Of a stretch of 46,863 bases of DNA, positions 20,216 to 30,414 are shown piece after piece. Location: assembly GCA_016930515.1 (NCBI GenBank), contig JAFGGO010000183.1, forward strand, positions 1 through 46,863, given 5' to 3'. The position numbers and the translations under genes were made by a program. Within the stretch, counting starts at the first letter, position 1; each line of letters opens with the position of its first letter. The stretch comes from Promethearchaeota archaeon (GTDB lineage: Archaea; Asgardarchaeota; Lokiarchaeia; Sigyniarchaeales; SOKP01). The notes under the pieces were generated by a model that saw only the letters and a list, made by a program, of their open reading frames with translations, made no database searches and was not told where the DNA came from.

Positions 20216-20367
20216 ATCTCATCAATGGAAAACCTCAGATAAAATTTAAAGTCAAAAATAATAAAACTGTTTTAATTTCGTTATTAAGAAGAATAGTCAT
20301 TTCAACCAAAATTGTTCTTGTCCTGTCCAAGATCTTTTCCAGTTACGGTCCATCTTTTATCTCTAGA

Positions 20368-22338
20368 TCAGATCTGCCAGGCCGCTTGGGCGCCTTCTTC
20401 GGTCGCCTCGATGATACGGCGTGGTTCATTGGTATCTCCAACGATAAAATGGCGGATCCCTTTCTTTTTGAGAAACGCCTTGAGGTCATTTCTTGGGGTG
20501 ACTCCAACTGCTACTATCACCTGGTTGATGGGTTCGAGTTTTTGTTCTTTCCCGTCGCTAATTACAACGACAGATGCAGTCTCGATCTTTTGGACTTTGG
20601 TATTGAATATGAGTTTTGCTCCCGCAGCAGCTAACCGCCTGTATAACATTGTACCGTGAGCAGAAACGGGAAGCACGGGTGGTTTGGATAGCATCTCGAC
20701 CAGTGTCACATCCTTTATCCCTTTTCCGCACAAGAAATCCGCAGTTTCCATGCCAACCAATCCTCCGCCGATCACCAGAGCGTGGTTTTTCGGTTTGACT
20801 TCACCATTCAAAATCTGCCAAGCATCGCACACGACCGAATTTGTGATCCCATCCGCGGGACATTCGGCTTTATCCGCACCACTGGCCAGAATGACGATTT
20901 CTGGCTTGCCTTGTTCAATCATCTTTTCGGTTAGTTCTACTCCTGTTTTGATGATCGCGCCATTTTTTGTACATCTGCGGGTAAGCGTGTCGATCCACCT
21001 TCCGTATACCGCTTTGTGAGGCGCTAGTTGGGCGTATTGAATCTGCCCGCCGGTATTTCTTTCCCGCTCGAACAGGGTGACCTCGTGTCCCAGTCGAGCA
21101 GCCTCAGATGCTGCCATCAAACCGGCCGGACCCCCGCCCACAACCCATACCGTACGACTCTTGTCGGCCCGTTTTTGAGGATAGATAGTTTCTTGCCCGG
21201 TTTCGGGATTAATAGCGCAGCGAACTGATTTATTCTCGATTGCCTCTCGTTCAATGCACCCCTGATTGCAAGCAAGGCACTCAAAAGTGTCTTCAGGATG
21301 ACCCTCCAGGGCGTTTTTCAGGAAATCTGGATCTGCAAGGTGTTGGCGCCCCACTGCAACGAAATCTGCATCCCCCCGCTCGATTACCTTGTCCATAAAA
21401 TAAGGATCTGTAAAACGGCCTACCGTAATAACTGGAACCTTGGTGACTTGCTTGATCTGGCGAGCGAGATCTACCTTGAATCCTTGCTCGTATTCCACTG
21501 GAGCGCTCGCGTTCGGAGTGCCAGTGCTGACTTTAATGTTTGCGTGGGTGCTAAATGATGCGTGAATGATGTCCGCGCCTGCGCTTACCAAGTCCGGGAT
21601 TATGGTCTTGATGTCGCTGATGGTGTATCCGTCCACGATACACTCCTCGCCCGATAAACGGATAGAAATTGGGAAGTCGTTACCTACCTGCTTTCGCACT
21701 TCACGTACGCACTCGATCATGAAGCGAGCCCGTGCTTTGAAATCCCCGCCATACTCATCGGTGCGTTTATTGGACTGTGCTGACAAGAACTGCATGAGTA
21801 GGTAGCCGTGCGCTCCATGGAGTTCGACCATGTCAAAGCCAGCAGCAACCGCTCGCTTGGCTGCCGCTCCGAAGGATGCGATGGCTTCCTGTATTTCTTC
21901 CAGAGTCATCTCGCGAGGGCTGCCCAAAAATCCGTAAATATAGCTTGGCACTGCGGATGGACCAATAGCGGTATGAGTTTTTGTCTTCAAATAGCTTTCA
22001 CGACCACAGTGGTGAAGCTGCATGGCAACCTTCCCTCCCCCCGCATGTGCTGCGGCAGCCAGCTTGCTTAACCCTGGAATAAACTTGTCGTCCCATACAC
22101 CTAAACAGACGGGACTCACCGATCCCAAGGGATGGACTTCCGTGATCTCGGTAATGATGAGCCCTGCACCGCTCTTAGCCCTGCGTTTCATATAGGCAAT
22201 ATTTGCTTCACTTACCGTGCCGTCTGGATTTCCGAGCCCTGTTCCCATTGGTGGCATTACCAAGCGATTTGGAATCTCTAAAGACCTGATTTTAATTGGA
22301 TTTAATAAATGTTCCAATGTGTTCATGTAAACATTCAC
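20368..22338 (-). CDS. NADH:flavin oxidoreductase (Old Yellow Enzyme family with Fe-S and FAD domains)
   Basis: NRLVMPPM, ELHGAHGYLL, NKRTDEYGG, CLACNQGC, CAINP, VVGGGPAG, IGGGLVGME; visibly GC-richer than its flanks. Confidence 0.92.
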   Translation of the reverse strand: MNVYMNTLEHLLNPIKIRSLEIPNRLVMPPMGTGLGNPDGTVSEANIAYMKRRAKSGAGLIITEITEVHPLGSVSPVCLGVWDDKFIPGLSKLAAAAHAGGGKVAMQLHHCGRESYLKTKTHTAIGPSAVPSYIYGFLGSPREMTLEEIQEAIASFGAAAKRAVAAGFDMVELHGAHGYLLMQFLSAQSNKRTDEYGGDFKARARFMIECVREVRKQVGNDFPISIRLSGEECIVDGYTISDIKTIIPDLVSAGADIIHASFSTHANIKVSTGTPNASAPVEYEQGFKVDLARQIKQVTKVPVITVGRFTDPYFMDKVIERGDADFVAVGRQHLADPDFLKNALEGHPEDTFECLACNQGCIEREAIENKSVRCAINPETGQETIYPQKRADKSRTVWVVGGGPAGLMAASEAARLGHEVTLFERERNTGGQIQYAQLAPHKAVYGRWIDTLTRRCTKNGAIIKTGVELTEKMIEQGKPEIVILASGADKAECPADGITNSVVCDAWQILNGEVKPKNHALVIGGGLVGMETADFLCGKGIKDVTLVEMLSKPPVLPVSAHGTMLYRRLAAAGAKLIFNTKVQKIETASVVVISDGKEQKLEPINQVIVAVGVTPRNDLKAFLKKKGIRHFIVGDTNEPRRIIEATEEGAQAAWQI

Positions 22339-22568
22339 CCATTTTTACTAAAAGAGTATATTTTTTAAATTTTTAAAAATATTTTATTTGCCAAAATAAA
22401 TCGAATATTAAATAAAAATTATTGTATTCATTTTCTTAAATCGATAGATATTTGTTCAATTGGGATTCACCATGATATTTTAAGTTCCTGTTTTTAATAA
22501 ATTATCTTTCATGTATTAAAAAATGAAAAATATATTACTTTATTTATAGAATTCTTTTATTTTACATC

Positions 22569-23408
22569 ATGACTTATTCAAATAAAGTTATATTGATTAC
22601 GGGTGCAAGTACGGGTATTGGTCGGGCTTGTACTGAGTTTTTAGCTCTTAAGGAATTCAGGATCTATGCTGGAGCGAGAAAAAAGGCTGATCTGAACGAA
22701 TTAAGCAATATCAAAAATGTTAAAGGCTTAGATATTAATGTAACTAACGAGGAAAGCGTTCAGAAAGCACTCAAATTCGTTAAAGAAGAAGGTTATGGTT
22801 TACACGCCATTGTTAACAATGCAGGTATTGCGAAGGTAGGTCCGCTCATGGATCTAAGCACTGAAACCTTCTCTGATCAGTTTAATGTAAATTTATTTGG
22901 TGTTCATAGGGTTACTAAAGCATTTTTTCCTCTCATATTAGAATCTAAGGGTAGAATTATTATGATGAGCAGCAATTCGGGATTTATATCGACCCCCTTT
23001 TTTGGACCATATTGTTCAAGTAAGTTTGCCTTGGAGGGATATGCAGATGCCCTAAGGAGGGAAGTTATGCTATACGACATTAAGGTAGTTATCGTCCAAC
23101 CAGGCAGAATCAAGACTCCTATTTGGACAAAAGGTGAAGAAACACTGCCTACATACCATGGCTCTATGTTTGAAAAAGAGGCGATGGGAGTGGGAAGTTA
23201 CGCAATTGAAAAAGGCAAGAGCGACTCTTTAAATCCCATCGAGGTTGCTAAAGTCGTTTATAAAGCTATCACGAAAAAAAAACCCAAAACCAGGTACATG
23301 ATAGTTCCTGACAAGTTCAGAAACAAGCTAATGAAAATCTTGCCAGATAAGACAATAGATAGAGTTGTAAGAAAAGAATTGGAAAAATTCAAAATTAAAG
23401 AGAGATAA
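22569..23408 (+). CDS. Short-chain dehydrogenase/reductase
   Basis: TGASTGIG, VNNAG, YCSSK (YxxxK), QPG. Confidence 0.93.
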   Translation: MTYSNKVILITGASTGIGRACTEFLALKEFRIYAGARKKADLNELSNIKNVKGLDINVTNEESVQKALKFVKEEGYGLHAIVNNAGIAKVGPLMDLSTETFSDQFNVNLFGVHRVTKAFFPLILESKGRIIMMSSNSGFISTPFFGPYCSSKFALEGYADALRREVMLYDIKVVIVQPGRIKTPIWTKGEETLPTYHGSMFEKEAMGVGSYAIEKGKSDSLNPIEVAKVVYKAITKKKPKTRYMIVPDKFRNKLMKILPDKTIDRVVRKELEKFKIKER

Positions 23409-23593
23409 ATAACCAATAAAGATTATCCTTGTTTTTATTATCAATCCTAATCGAAAATAACGATCCTCTCCCGAAGGATATTATTATACTTGGGGTGCTT
23501 CAGGCTATATTACCAAATAAGAATGGAGGAAAAGCCTTAAATACTCGATTGAACTAATATCCTCAACTCTATTAATAAAAATAGGGTGAAAAC

Positions 23594-23701
23594 ATGTCAA
23601 AAAAATTCGAGTCAAAGAAGAAAATCAAGAAAGAACCTGAAAAACACAAGGAAGAAAAGAAACCAGTTTCTTCGCCTAGTTCTGCTCCAAAAAGTCAATA
23701 A
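23594..23701 (+). CDS. 35-aa Lys-rich micropeptide
   Basis: MSKKFESKKKIKKEPEKHKEEKKPVSSPSSAPKSQ; archaeal SD GGTGA just upstream of the ATG. Confidence 0.5.
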   Translation: MSKKFESKKKIKKEPEKHKEEKKPVSSPSSAPKSQ

Positions 23702-23984
23702 AATCTTATGCATTGACTCTAGAGAAATAAAGAGCCTTCATCGCTCCGAAATTCTTTAATCCTGCTACTTACGTTATCGTCAAGGATGCTTATTATTTTT
23801 TTATTTACTCGAATTGTGGCTAATTTTCTAATATTTTAAAATAAATGCTTTTATGTAATTTTAAAAAGATAAATATTTATTTTAGTGATGAGAAGATTGA
23901 TTTTATACAATATGATGAGATTTTCCATTTCACATGAAATCGATTAATTTAATCAAGGAGTATATTCTAAAGTTAAATTAAGTC

Positions 23985-24929
23985 TTAACTTACAGGAACT
24001 CTCTTTTTGAAAATTTGCAGCACCTGTGATCCGCTAAATTTTATCCACTTCTTTAAAAAGTTCTTAAAATTAATTCCATTTCGTTTATCCACATTTAATT
24101 CTACAAAAAAATAAATTTTTGGATATTGCAATATTTTCTTGATGGTTCCAAAAAAATTTTCAAATAGAAAGCTTATCTTCCATTTGTTTTTCTGACTTTT
24201 AATTGTTTTGATGTAGGAAAAATATGCATCTTGGTCGAAAAAATCTTTAGAATTAAATATTAATGCTAAAGTGTGATAATAACTCTTTGAATGTTTAGAA
24301 TTTTTCAAATAAGGGCCATACATGTCGTCTCTCTTGTGCTTTCTTAACTCCAACCACATTTCTTCGTCTAAATGTTTAAATGCATTCACATACGATGTAT
24401 CGTCAGTAAAAAAAATGTTTTTGAAGATCCTTTCCATCCATGTTCTATGATTGGATTCTTTATCCATGTCGTGAATAAAAACAGCTTTTACAAAGGAATT
24501 CTTCATGATTCTAACCGCAAGTTTGATGGCTGCATCGTCTTTTGGGCCATCTATTAAAACGCAACATTCTCTATTTATTAATTTCGGAATGATCTTATTA
24601 GAATCTCCATAAATTAAATGAAGATTCTTATATCCAAATAAATTCTCATGAGATTGTATCGAATCTTTTGTATATTTCAGGTATTCAATACTATAAATTT
24701 CTTGATTAGAAGAATTGAAATTAGCAGCTATTATTTTAGTACTGTATCCGCTTGCTCTACCACTTTCAATAATTAACTTGACTTGAAAGTATTGAATTAT
24801 AGATACAAATAATAACATTTCACTATTGCAAATTCCCTTCAATTCATAACCGATATTAGCAACATTCTTTTCAAAAATAGGAAGATATTTTTGACAGATT
24901 TCTATTATATCGTCATTTTTTAATTCCAT
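23985..24929 (-). CDS. Putative class I SAM-dependent methyltransferase
   Basis: IIESGRASGYST, YSIE, GDS, VLIDGPK, FIHD. Confidence 0.7.
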   Translation of the reverse strand: MELKNDDIIEICQKYLPIFEKNVANIGYELKGICNSEMLLFVSIIQYFQVKLIIESGRASGYSTKIIAANFNSSNQEIYSIEYLKYTKDSIQSHENLFGYKNLHLIYGDSNKIIPKLINRECCVLIDGPKDDAAIKLAVRIMKNSFVKAVFIHDMDKESNHRTWMERIFKNIFFTDDTSYVNAFKHLDEEMWLELRKHKRDDMYGPYLKNSKHSKSYYHTLALIFNSKDFFDQDAYFSYIKTIKSQKNKWKISFLFENFFGTIKKILQYPKIYFFVELNVDKRNGINFKNFLKKWIKFSGSQVLQIFKKRVPVS

Positions 24930-25026
24930 AACTTTAAAAGAAGTGATACAAAATATTAAAAATTTTGTACGTAGTTAATTATCTTTACAAGCTTGTTTAG
25001 ATGTTAAATTGATTTTACAAAAATAA

Positions 25027-25133
25027 TGGCGGGCTATGAGGGATATTCGCCTCCATCCTTGTTGGATGGAAGTATCGAACCCCCGACCGTCAGGTTAAGA
25101 GCCTGCTGCGCTACCTGCCTGCGCTAATAGCCC
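25027..25133 (-). tRNA. tRNA-Lys(CUU) with a 30-nt BHB intron at non-canonical position 59/60 (intron 25044-25073); CCA encoded
   Basis: Acceptor GGGCTAT/ATAGCCC, anticodon loop CT-CTT-AA, T-arm GGGGG TTCG AT^...^T CCCTC. BHB helix TTCG/CGAA, bulges ATA and TAT, intron stem CTTCCATCC/GGATGGAGG. Confidence 0.92.
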
Positions 25134-25167
25134 ATATTACGAAAAATGATGTTTTAGTGCCTAAAAA

Positions 25168-25280
25168 CGCAGATGGAGGGACTTGAACCCCCGAGCGCTT
25201 GCGCGCACTGGCTTTCGTGCGTTCGCGGTTCTTTCGATGCGTGCCTCAAGGCCAGCGTCTTACCACTAGGCTACATCTGC
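25168..25280 (-). tRNA. tRNA-Ser(UGA), class II, with a ~31-nt intron at 37/38 (25214-25244); CCA not encoded
   Basis: Acceptor GCAGATG/CATCTGC, discriminator G73, anticodon stem CTGGC/GCCAG, variable arm GCGC-GCAA-GCGC, T-loop TTCAAGT. Relaxed BHB: CTTG/CACG with one mismatch. Confidence 0.85.
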
Positions 25281-25643
25281 TTTTTTAAAATGATGGACGG
25301 CTTAAATCTTTTTCCAATACTAGATTCAAAAAATGCATTGTGGTATTTTATCTTTACGAATTCGACTTGAGAACTAATGGAACAAAGATGGAAAGAAATA
25401 ATGGTTGCTTGATCGAATATGAAGCGTGAAATTCTTAGCGAAAATTTACTTGAAACGACTTCTGTTCTTGATCTAAGCGCGAATCGTTCTCAACTTTGAA
25501 GCATGAGTGATAATGTTTTTATAAAAAATTGTTTTAGTATATCATGCCCCCGAATTTATTGAGTTCGCCGACGATTTAGCGTAAAATATAAATTTTACCG
25601 AGCATTAATTAACGCGAGCTTACTACACATATCTCAGAGGTTT

Positions 25644-26138
25644 GTGAAAATTAGCACTAATAGCGCAGAAAATTTTAGGTATTTAATACCCCAGAAAATA
25701 TTTAACGAGATTACCGAGAAAGCCAAGGAGGAAATACCCTACATCATCCACGGCTGGATTTTTGCTGACCGAAAGGAAAATTTTGGCATCGTCAGCAAGT
25801 TTATCATGAATCCCGACTTGCGAAAGACCAAAGTACACACCAAGCCGAGAAGTTGGATGCGATACAAGAAATCCAAGATTATCAACATGCGAAAATTCAA
25901 GCAGGAATTGGGAGTGGATATCGCCTGGCAATTTCACACGCATCCGTCGGGAAACGAAAAATTGCACAACATCGACAAGCGTATCTTGAAATACTTGAGC
26001 AACGGCGTCATGATCATCGTGGTTCCCGAAGTACCCGAAAAACAACAAAAACCGCATCTCGTTGGATGGTATTACGATAAACGATACACGAAAAAACCGA
26101 TCATCGAAAAAATGGTTTTTGAAATCATTTCCGATTAA
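25644..26138 (+). CDS. JAB/MPN (Mov34-like) domain protein, atypical active site
   Basis: PYIIHGWIF and FHTHPSG...LHNID, matching the JAMM HxHx10D spacing. Confidence 0.7.
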   Translation: MKISTNSAENFRYLIPQKIFNEITEKAKEEIPYIIHGWIFADRKENFGIVSKFIMNPDLRKTKVHTKPRSWMRYKKSKIINMRKFKQELGVDIAWQFHTHPSGNEKLHNIDKRILKYLSNGVMIIVVPEVPEKQQKPHLVGWYYDKRYTKKPIIEKMVFEIISD

Positions 26139-26224
26139 TTTTTTGTCCTTTCGTTTTCTTTTCTTTTTTATACTAAGATGCGACATGAAAAAATATTAAA
26201 GTCTCGATTCGTTATCGTGTCTGA

Positions 26225-29200
26225 TCATTTCTTAGCTTCAAATTTTTTCGTTAACTTTTTCAACTCGTCCTTGGACAATTTCTTCAATTCTTCCATTCTT
26301 TTTTTAGCTTGATACAAGTTAGTCGCAGTTTCCAGGTAACCAAGCTTGACGTCTTTCTTGTCAAAGAGAGAATCCTCGTCCTCGCTCTCAAAACCAACGA
26401 GAGAACCTCTTCGGAGGTTTTTTGTTATTGATATGATGTGATCAATTTCTCCAGATTGATCCGTCGTTTCAAGTACGTAAATGTGGAATAAACCTTCTTT
26501 CTTGATGGAATCAATGCGAATATTCGCCTCGCGTAGTAAATCCACAAATCTTTTCCGTTCCTGAGCCCTTTTATAATTAGTCGTGGTGCCAAACTTTTTT
26601 ATCTCAGAAGAGAAGTAAGATTTAGCCCTTTCGTAACACTCAAGGGCCTTGTCGAATTCGTCAAGGTGTTCGTAGCAAGTTCCTAAATACATGTCAACAT
26701 CGTCTTTCATCGCTGCTTTTTTCATGGATAATCGCAATATCTCCAGTGCTTTCTCGTAATGCTCGAACTTGATAAGTATTTTACCGTACGAGTGGTAGTG
26801 TTCTCCCTTGAATAATTCCGTGAGCTCGATCGCGTTTTCAATCGCTTTAATGGCCTCGTGTTCCATGTCGTTTTCTGCGAAATATCGTGCTTTTGCGTCG
26901 AAGATATCTGCTTTTGTATTGTTATAACTTGAACTGGAATGATCGCTTTCGGTAAAACGGTGTTTATTATTTTCAAGAACCTTGAAGGCCTCGTCGAACT
27001 CTTTCAATTGGATCAAGATCAAGATTTTCAAGTAGTAAGACTCGAAATCTTCGGGGTTCGTCTCGATTGCCTTGTTAACGGTTTCGAGGGCAACGTCGTA
27101 TCGCTTCAGGTAATGCAGCATGTCGGCTTTCTCGTGATATATTCCCGTGTAATTCGCTCCCTTTTCAAGAGCTTCTTTAATTCCTTCTAAAGCATCAGGA
27201 TACCTGCCGAGCGTGCTCAATATCAAGTTTCTCAATTCGTAAAAATCAAGGTAGTTCGGAAATAGGTCAAATCCTTGGTTAACAACATCTAAAGCCTCTT
27301 CGGAACGACCGAGAAAATAAAGGATTCGTGCCTTAGTGTAATAATTTTCAGGGACGTTCGATCCGTAGGTCATTGCAGTATTTAACGCGTCAAGGGCGTC
27401 AGCAAGTCTGTCACTTTCAAACAAGATCGAAGATTTAATACGGTAATATTTCGATTCCTTGTAATCCAGCTTGATTGCGGCGTTAATTTGTCGCAATGCA
27501 TCCTTGTATTTCTTTTCCTTGAAATATGCAATTGCCTTGTATTGATAAGCTATTGCTGCAGGTGACGGGGTCGATTTAATGAGGTTTTCTAAAAGATCTA
27601 GTGCTTCTTGATTCTTGTCCAGCAATAGCAAAATCCTAGCCTTATGAACTCGAAAATTGTAATGCGGAATGATTTCGGGGTCATGATTTATGGAGGAATG
27701 CATTGCTTCAGCAGGATATTTAGGAAATTCTTCAATCGCTTGATCGACAATTATTAATGCTTCTTGTAAAGAGTTTAATCCAATTAAGGCAAAAATTTGA
27801 TATTCTACTAATTTGGGATTCTTTAATTCCAAGTACTGAGAGTTAAAAAATTGGTATTTTTTTACAGTACTCAAGGCTCTCTCGTATTCTCTGTCTTTAA
27901 GCGAGTAATATATGTAATTTTCAAAATAATCGTCCATCATTTCTGTCATCTCTATGGGATACGGTCCTGAATACGCTAATGTAAAGACTTCAAAAGCAAG
28001 GTCGTATTCTTCACTCAAGATTAATACTTCAGAAGCGTGAGGAAATATCTCTGAAAAACCGTGATCTTCATATTCTAAGTCAGATTCGTATTCTTTTATC
28101 AAGTCGAAAATAGCAACAAATTCCTGCATGTCATTTAGGATATTTATTTTTATAATAATAAATTCGTCAAACGACATGATGCTATTAGCCTCGTCAATAG
28201 CTTCCAAGGCTTCTTTATATCTCTTTAATCCGAGAAAAACCTCTGCTTTTAAACCAAAATACAAGGGATTTAAATATCGTTCCATTTCCATTGAAATTTT
28301 ATCTAATATTTCAAGAGCAGCATCATATTGTCTTTTGTTTTTTAACGCATCTGCTTTTTCAAAAAGAAATGTAGTAATATTTGATTCGTTTAAATCCCTT
28401 CGCTTTATTATTTTATCAACAAAATCTATGATGAAATCATCGTATCCGTTGCCTTTAATAAACCAAATTATTTGTACTAGATCTGAGATATCATAACTGT
28501 TAATCTCTTTATCAAACCCAATTTTCATTGCTAACTCAAAATTTATTCTTGCATCATTTATTCGATTAAAAAATGTCCTTAAAATATTGCCTTTTAAAAG
28601 GTAGTATTTAGCTTTTCCTTCGATTTCAATTGCTTTATTAATTACCATTAATGCATCTTCGGGTCTGCTATTTTGTTTTAATAATTGTTCTGCACGATCA
28701 TATAATTCTTCGCCATATTTCGACCTTGAAATTAGATTCTTAGATAACTTTTCAGCTTCATCCAGTCTACCTAAAATAATTAAAAATCTCAATTTTTTTT
28801 GGTATAAATCCTTACCATCATCAAATTTTAAAGCCATCTCAACAGCGTTTAACCCTTTCTCAGCAATTTCTACCTCTTTTGGATTTCCCCCTCTTATAAA
28901 ATCGTCTAATTCTCTTAACAAAATTTCAGCTTTCAATCGATAAAAATTATATCCATTTGGTATTGGATCGATTTCTATGCCTTTTTCAATAACATTAAGG
29001 GCATTATCTTTGTCTAACAAGTATAAGCCTAATATCTTTGCCTTCCAATAATAAAATTTAGCGTTGTTTTCCGTTGTCATGAGCTTGTCGATTTCCAATA
29101 TAGCGTTCTTATAATCTTGTTTCTCAATTAAATTCCAAATTAGTTCTGTTTTATCGTCTTTTAAATCATTATTAAAATCTATAGCTAATTTCTCGCCCTT

Positions 29201-30358
29201 ATTATATGACATATAATTACTATATATGTTAAAATATTCTCTAAAAGTGTCGAGAGACTCTTTATCTATAGTGTTCTCCAGAAAAAAAGTATTTTTTTCT
29301 GAAAGTGATTGAAATTTAAATAGATTTAGATATTTTTCAAAGAGAGAACTTTCTTGAGTTATTTCTTCTCGGTACATCATCTTTTTCGGTTGTGTCAGTT
29401 CGATTGTCTTTGCAATTTCTTGATATTCTGGCTTTCCTTGATTGATATTTTGTGTCATGACTTTTCGAAAGTTTTCAATTAGGGGATAAAGGGCGTCCCC
29501 TAGCTTTTTATCGAACAAGCGATTTTTTTCCGTAAGAGTTAGAATGATTTCTTTATATGCATTATCTAATTCTTCTCGATTGAGATCGATTTTCCCAAGA
29601 CTTGCCTTTTGAGCTAATTTTATCAATTTAGAATCGACGTGGAGTTGAAAATGCCTGCCTAAATCGCTTCCTTCGCTAAAATAAAGGTTTAGATCCTCTG
29701 ATTTTAAAACTAATTTGTGAAATCGAATCCCATACTCTCCTTTTTCTAATCGTTCAAGGAACAGTTGCAATTCGGTTCTTGAAATAATCTTTTCGGAAAT
29801 TAGAAAATCCTCTATGGAAATCGAATATTTTGGATAGAGATTGGGGTGATTATAAGCTAAAAATAACAAAACGGTTTCGAATTTTTTTATATCTGGAATT
29901 AACCCCGATACTAGATTGAAAGGTATTGACGATGTGATGTTAACATATTCGAGCATTAATTTATCACTCGTGATATTCCTATCCTTGAAAAAAGGTTTGA
30001 GTTGGTTAATTACATTTCGTCCCATTTTAATTTCGCGATCGAATATTGTCTCAGAATCAATATCGTATTCCTCCAATCTTTTTGTAAGGTAGATCTCTCC
30101 TGCGGGAGTTATGCGATACTTGACTTTCCTTCTATTAGATTTGTCGATCTCGGTGTCTACAAATCCATTTTCAGTTAGTTTTCCGAAATACTTGTAAAAC
30201 GTGGTTTTACGAAATCCCTCGGGCTCTCCAAACTCCTTAATGAAGAAAGACGGTCCTAAAGGAACACTACTTTGACTCAGAGCGTATAATACAATGTCTT
30301 CGACTTCTCCTTTTCCTTTATCCCAGATCTTTTCGTGAACTAACTCCTTTAGGCTCAT
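26225..30358 (-). CDS. 1377-aa winged-helix + TPR array + degenerate GIY-YIG-like C-terminal protein
   Basis: N-terminal KTTFYKYFGKLTENGFV...KVKYRITPAG (wHTH); many TPRs; C-terminal HIYVLE...ITKNLRR...VKLGYLE...AKKRMEELKKLSKDE. Confidence 0.8.
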   Translation of the reverse strand: MSLKELVHEKIWDKGKGEVEDIVLYALSQSSVPLGPSFFIKEFGEPEGFRKTTFYKYFGKLTENGFVDTEIDKSNRRKVKYRITPAGEIYLTKRLEEYDIDSETIFDREIKMGRNVINQLKPFFKDRNITSDKLMLEYVNITSSIPFNLVSGLIPDIKKFETVLLFLAYNHPNLYPKYSISIEDFLISEKIISRTELQLFLERLEKGEYGIRFHKLVLKSEDLNLYFSEGSDLGRHFQLHVDSKLIKLAQKASLGKIDLNREELDNAYKEIILTLTEKNRLFDKKLGDALYPLIENFRKVMTQNINQGKPEYQEIAKTIELTQPKKMMYREEITQESSLFEKYLNLFKFQSLSEKNTFFLENTIDKESLDTFREYFNIYSNYMSYNKGEKLAIDFNNDLKDDKTELIWNLIEKQDYKNAILEIDKLMTTENNAKFYYWKAKILGLYLLDKDNALNVIEKGIEIDPIPNGYNFYRLKAEILLRELDDFIRGGNPKEVEIAEKGLNAVEMALKFDDGKDLYQKKLRFLIILGRLDEAEKLSKNLISRSKYGEELYDRAEQLLKQNSRPEDALMVINKAIEIEGKAKYYLLKGNILRTFFNRINDARINFELAMKIGFDKEINSYDISDLVQIIWFIKGNGYDDFIIDFVDKIIKRRDLNESNITTFLFEKADALKNKRQYDAALEILDKISMEMERYLNPLYFGLKAEVFLGLKRYKEALEAIDEANSIMSFDEFIIIKINILNDMQEFVAIFDLIKEYESDLEYEDHGFSEIFPHASEVLILSEEYDLAFEVFTLAYSGPYPIEMTEMMDDYFENYIYYSLKDREYERALSTVKKYQFFNSQYLELKNPKLVEYQIFALIGLNSLQEALIIVDQAIEEFPKYPAEAMHSSINHDPEIIPHYNFRVHKARILLLLDKNQEALDLLENLIKSTPSPAAIAYQYKAIAYFKEKKYKDALRQINAAIKLDYKESKYYRIKSSILFESDRLADALDALNTAMTYGSNVPENYYTKARILYFLGRSEEALDVVNQGFDLFPNYLDFYELRNLILSTLGRYPDALEGIKEALEKGANYTGIYHEKADMLHYLKRYDVALETVNKAIETNPEDFESYYLKILILIQLKEFDEAFKVLENNKHRFTESDHSSSSYNNTKADIFDAKARYFAENDMEHEAIKAIENAIELTELFKGEHYHSYGKILIKFEHYEKALEILRLSMKKAAMKDDVDMYLGTCYEHLDEFDKALECYERAKSYFSSEIKKFGTTTNYKRAQERKRFVDLLREANIRIDSIKKEGLFHIYVLETTDQSGEIDHIISITKNLRRGSLVGFESEDEDSLFDKKDVKLGYLETATNLYQAKKRMEELKKLSKDELKKLTKKFEAKK

Positions 30359-30400
30359 GATTAAAATAAATGCGGATTCGTATTTAAGCGTTTGCTAATT

Positions 30401-30414
30401 GCGAACCAGTTCGC
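30401..30414. promoter_or_regulatory. Palindromic operator candidate GCGAAC-CA-GTTCGC in the divergent promoter
   Basis: Perfect 6-bp inverted repeat in the 115-bp gap between the wHTH-TPR gene and the NYN gene. Confidence 0.5.

Noticed and set aside
23885-23937. Possible C/D box sRNA (GTGATGA...ATGATGA...ATGA)
   Set aside because: No CTGA D or D' box at proper guide spacing; likely chance in AT-rich DNA.
25168-25280. Reading this tRNA as Leu(GAG)
   Set aside because: The anticodon stem CTGGC/GCCAG places TGA at 34-36, and G73 fits Ser.
25173-25370. 65-aa ORF
   Set aside because: It is the antisense of tRNA-Ser.
25419-25499. 26-aa ORF with LRR-like LDLSAN
   Set aside because: Too short to support; at most a remnant.
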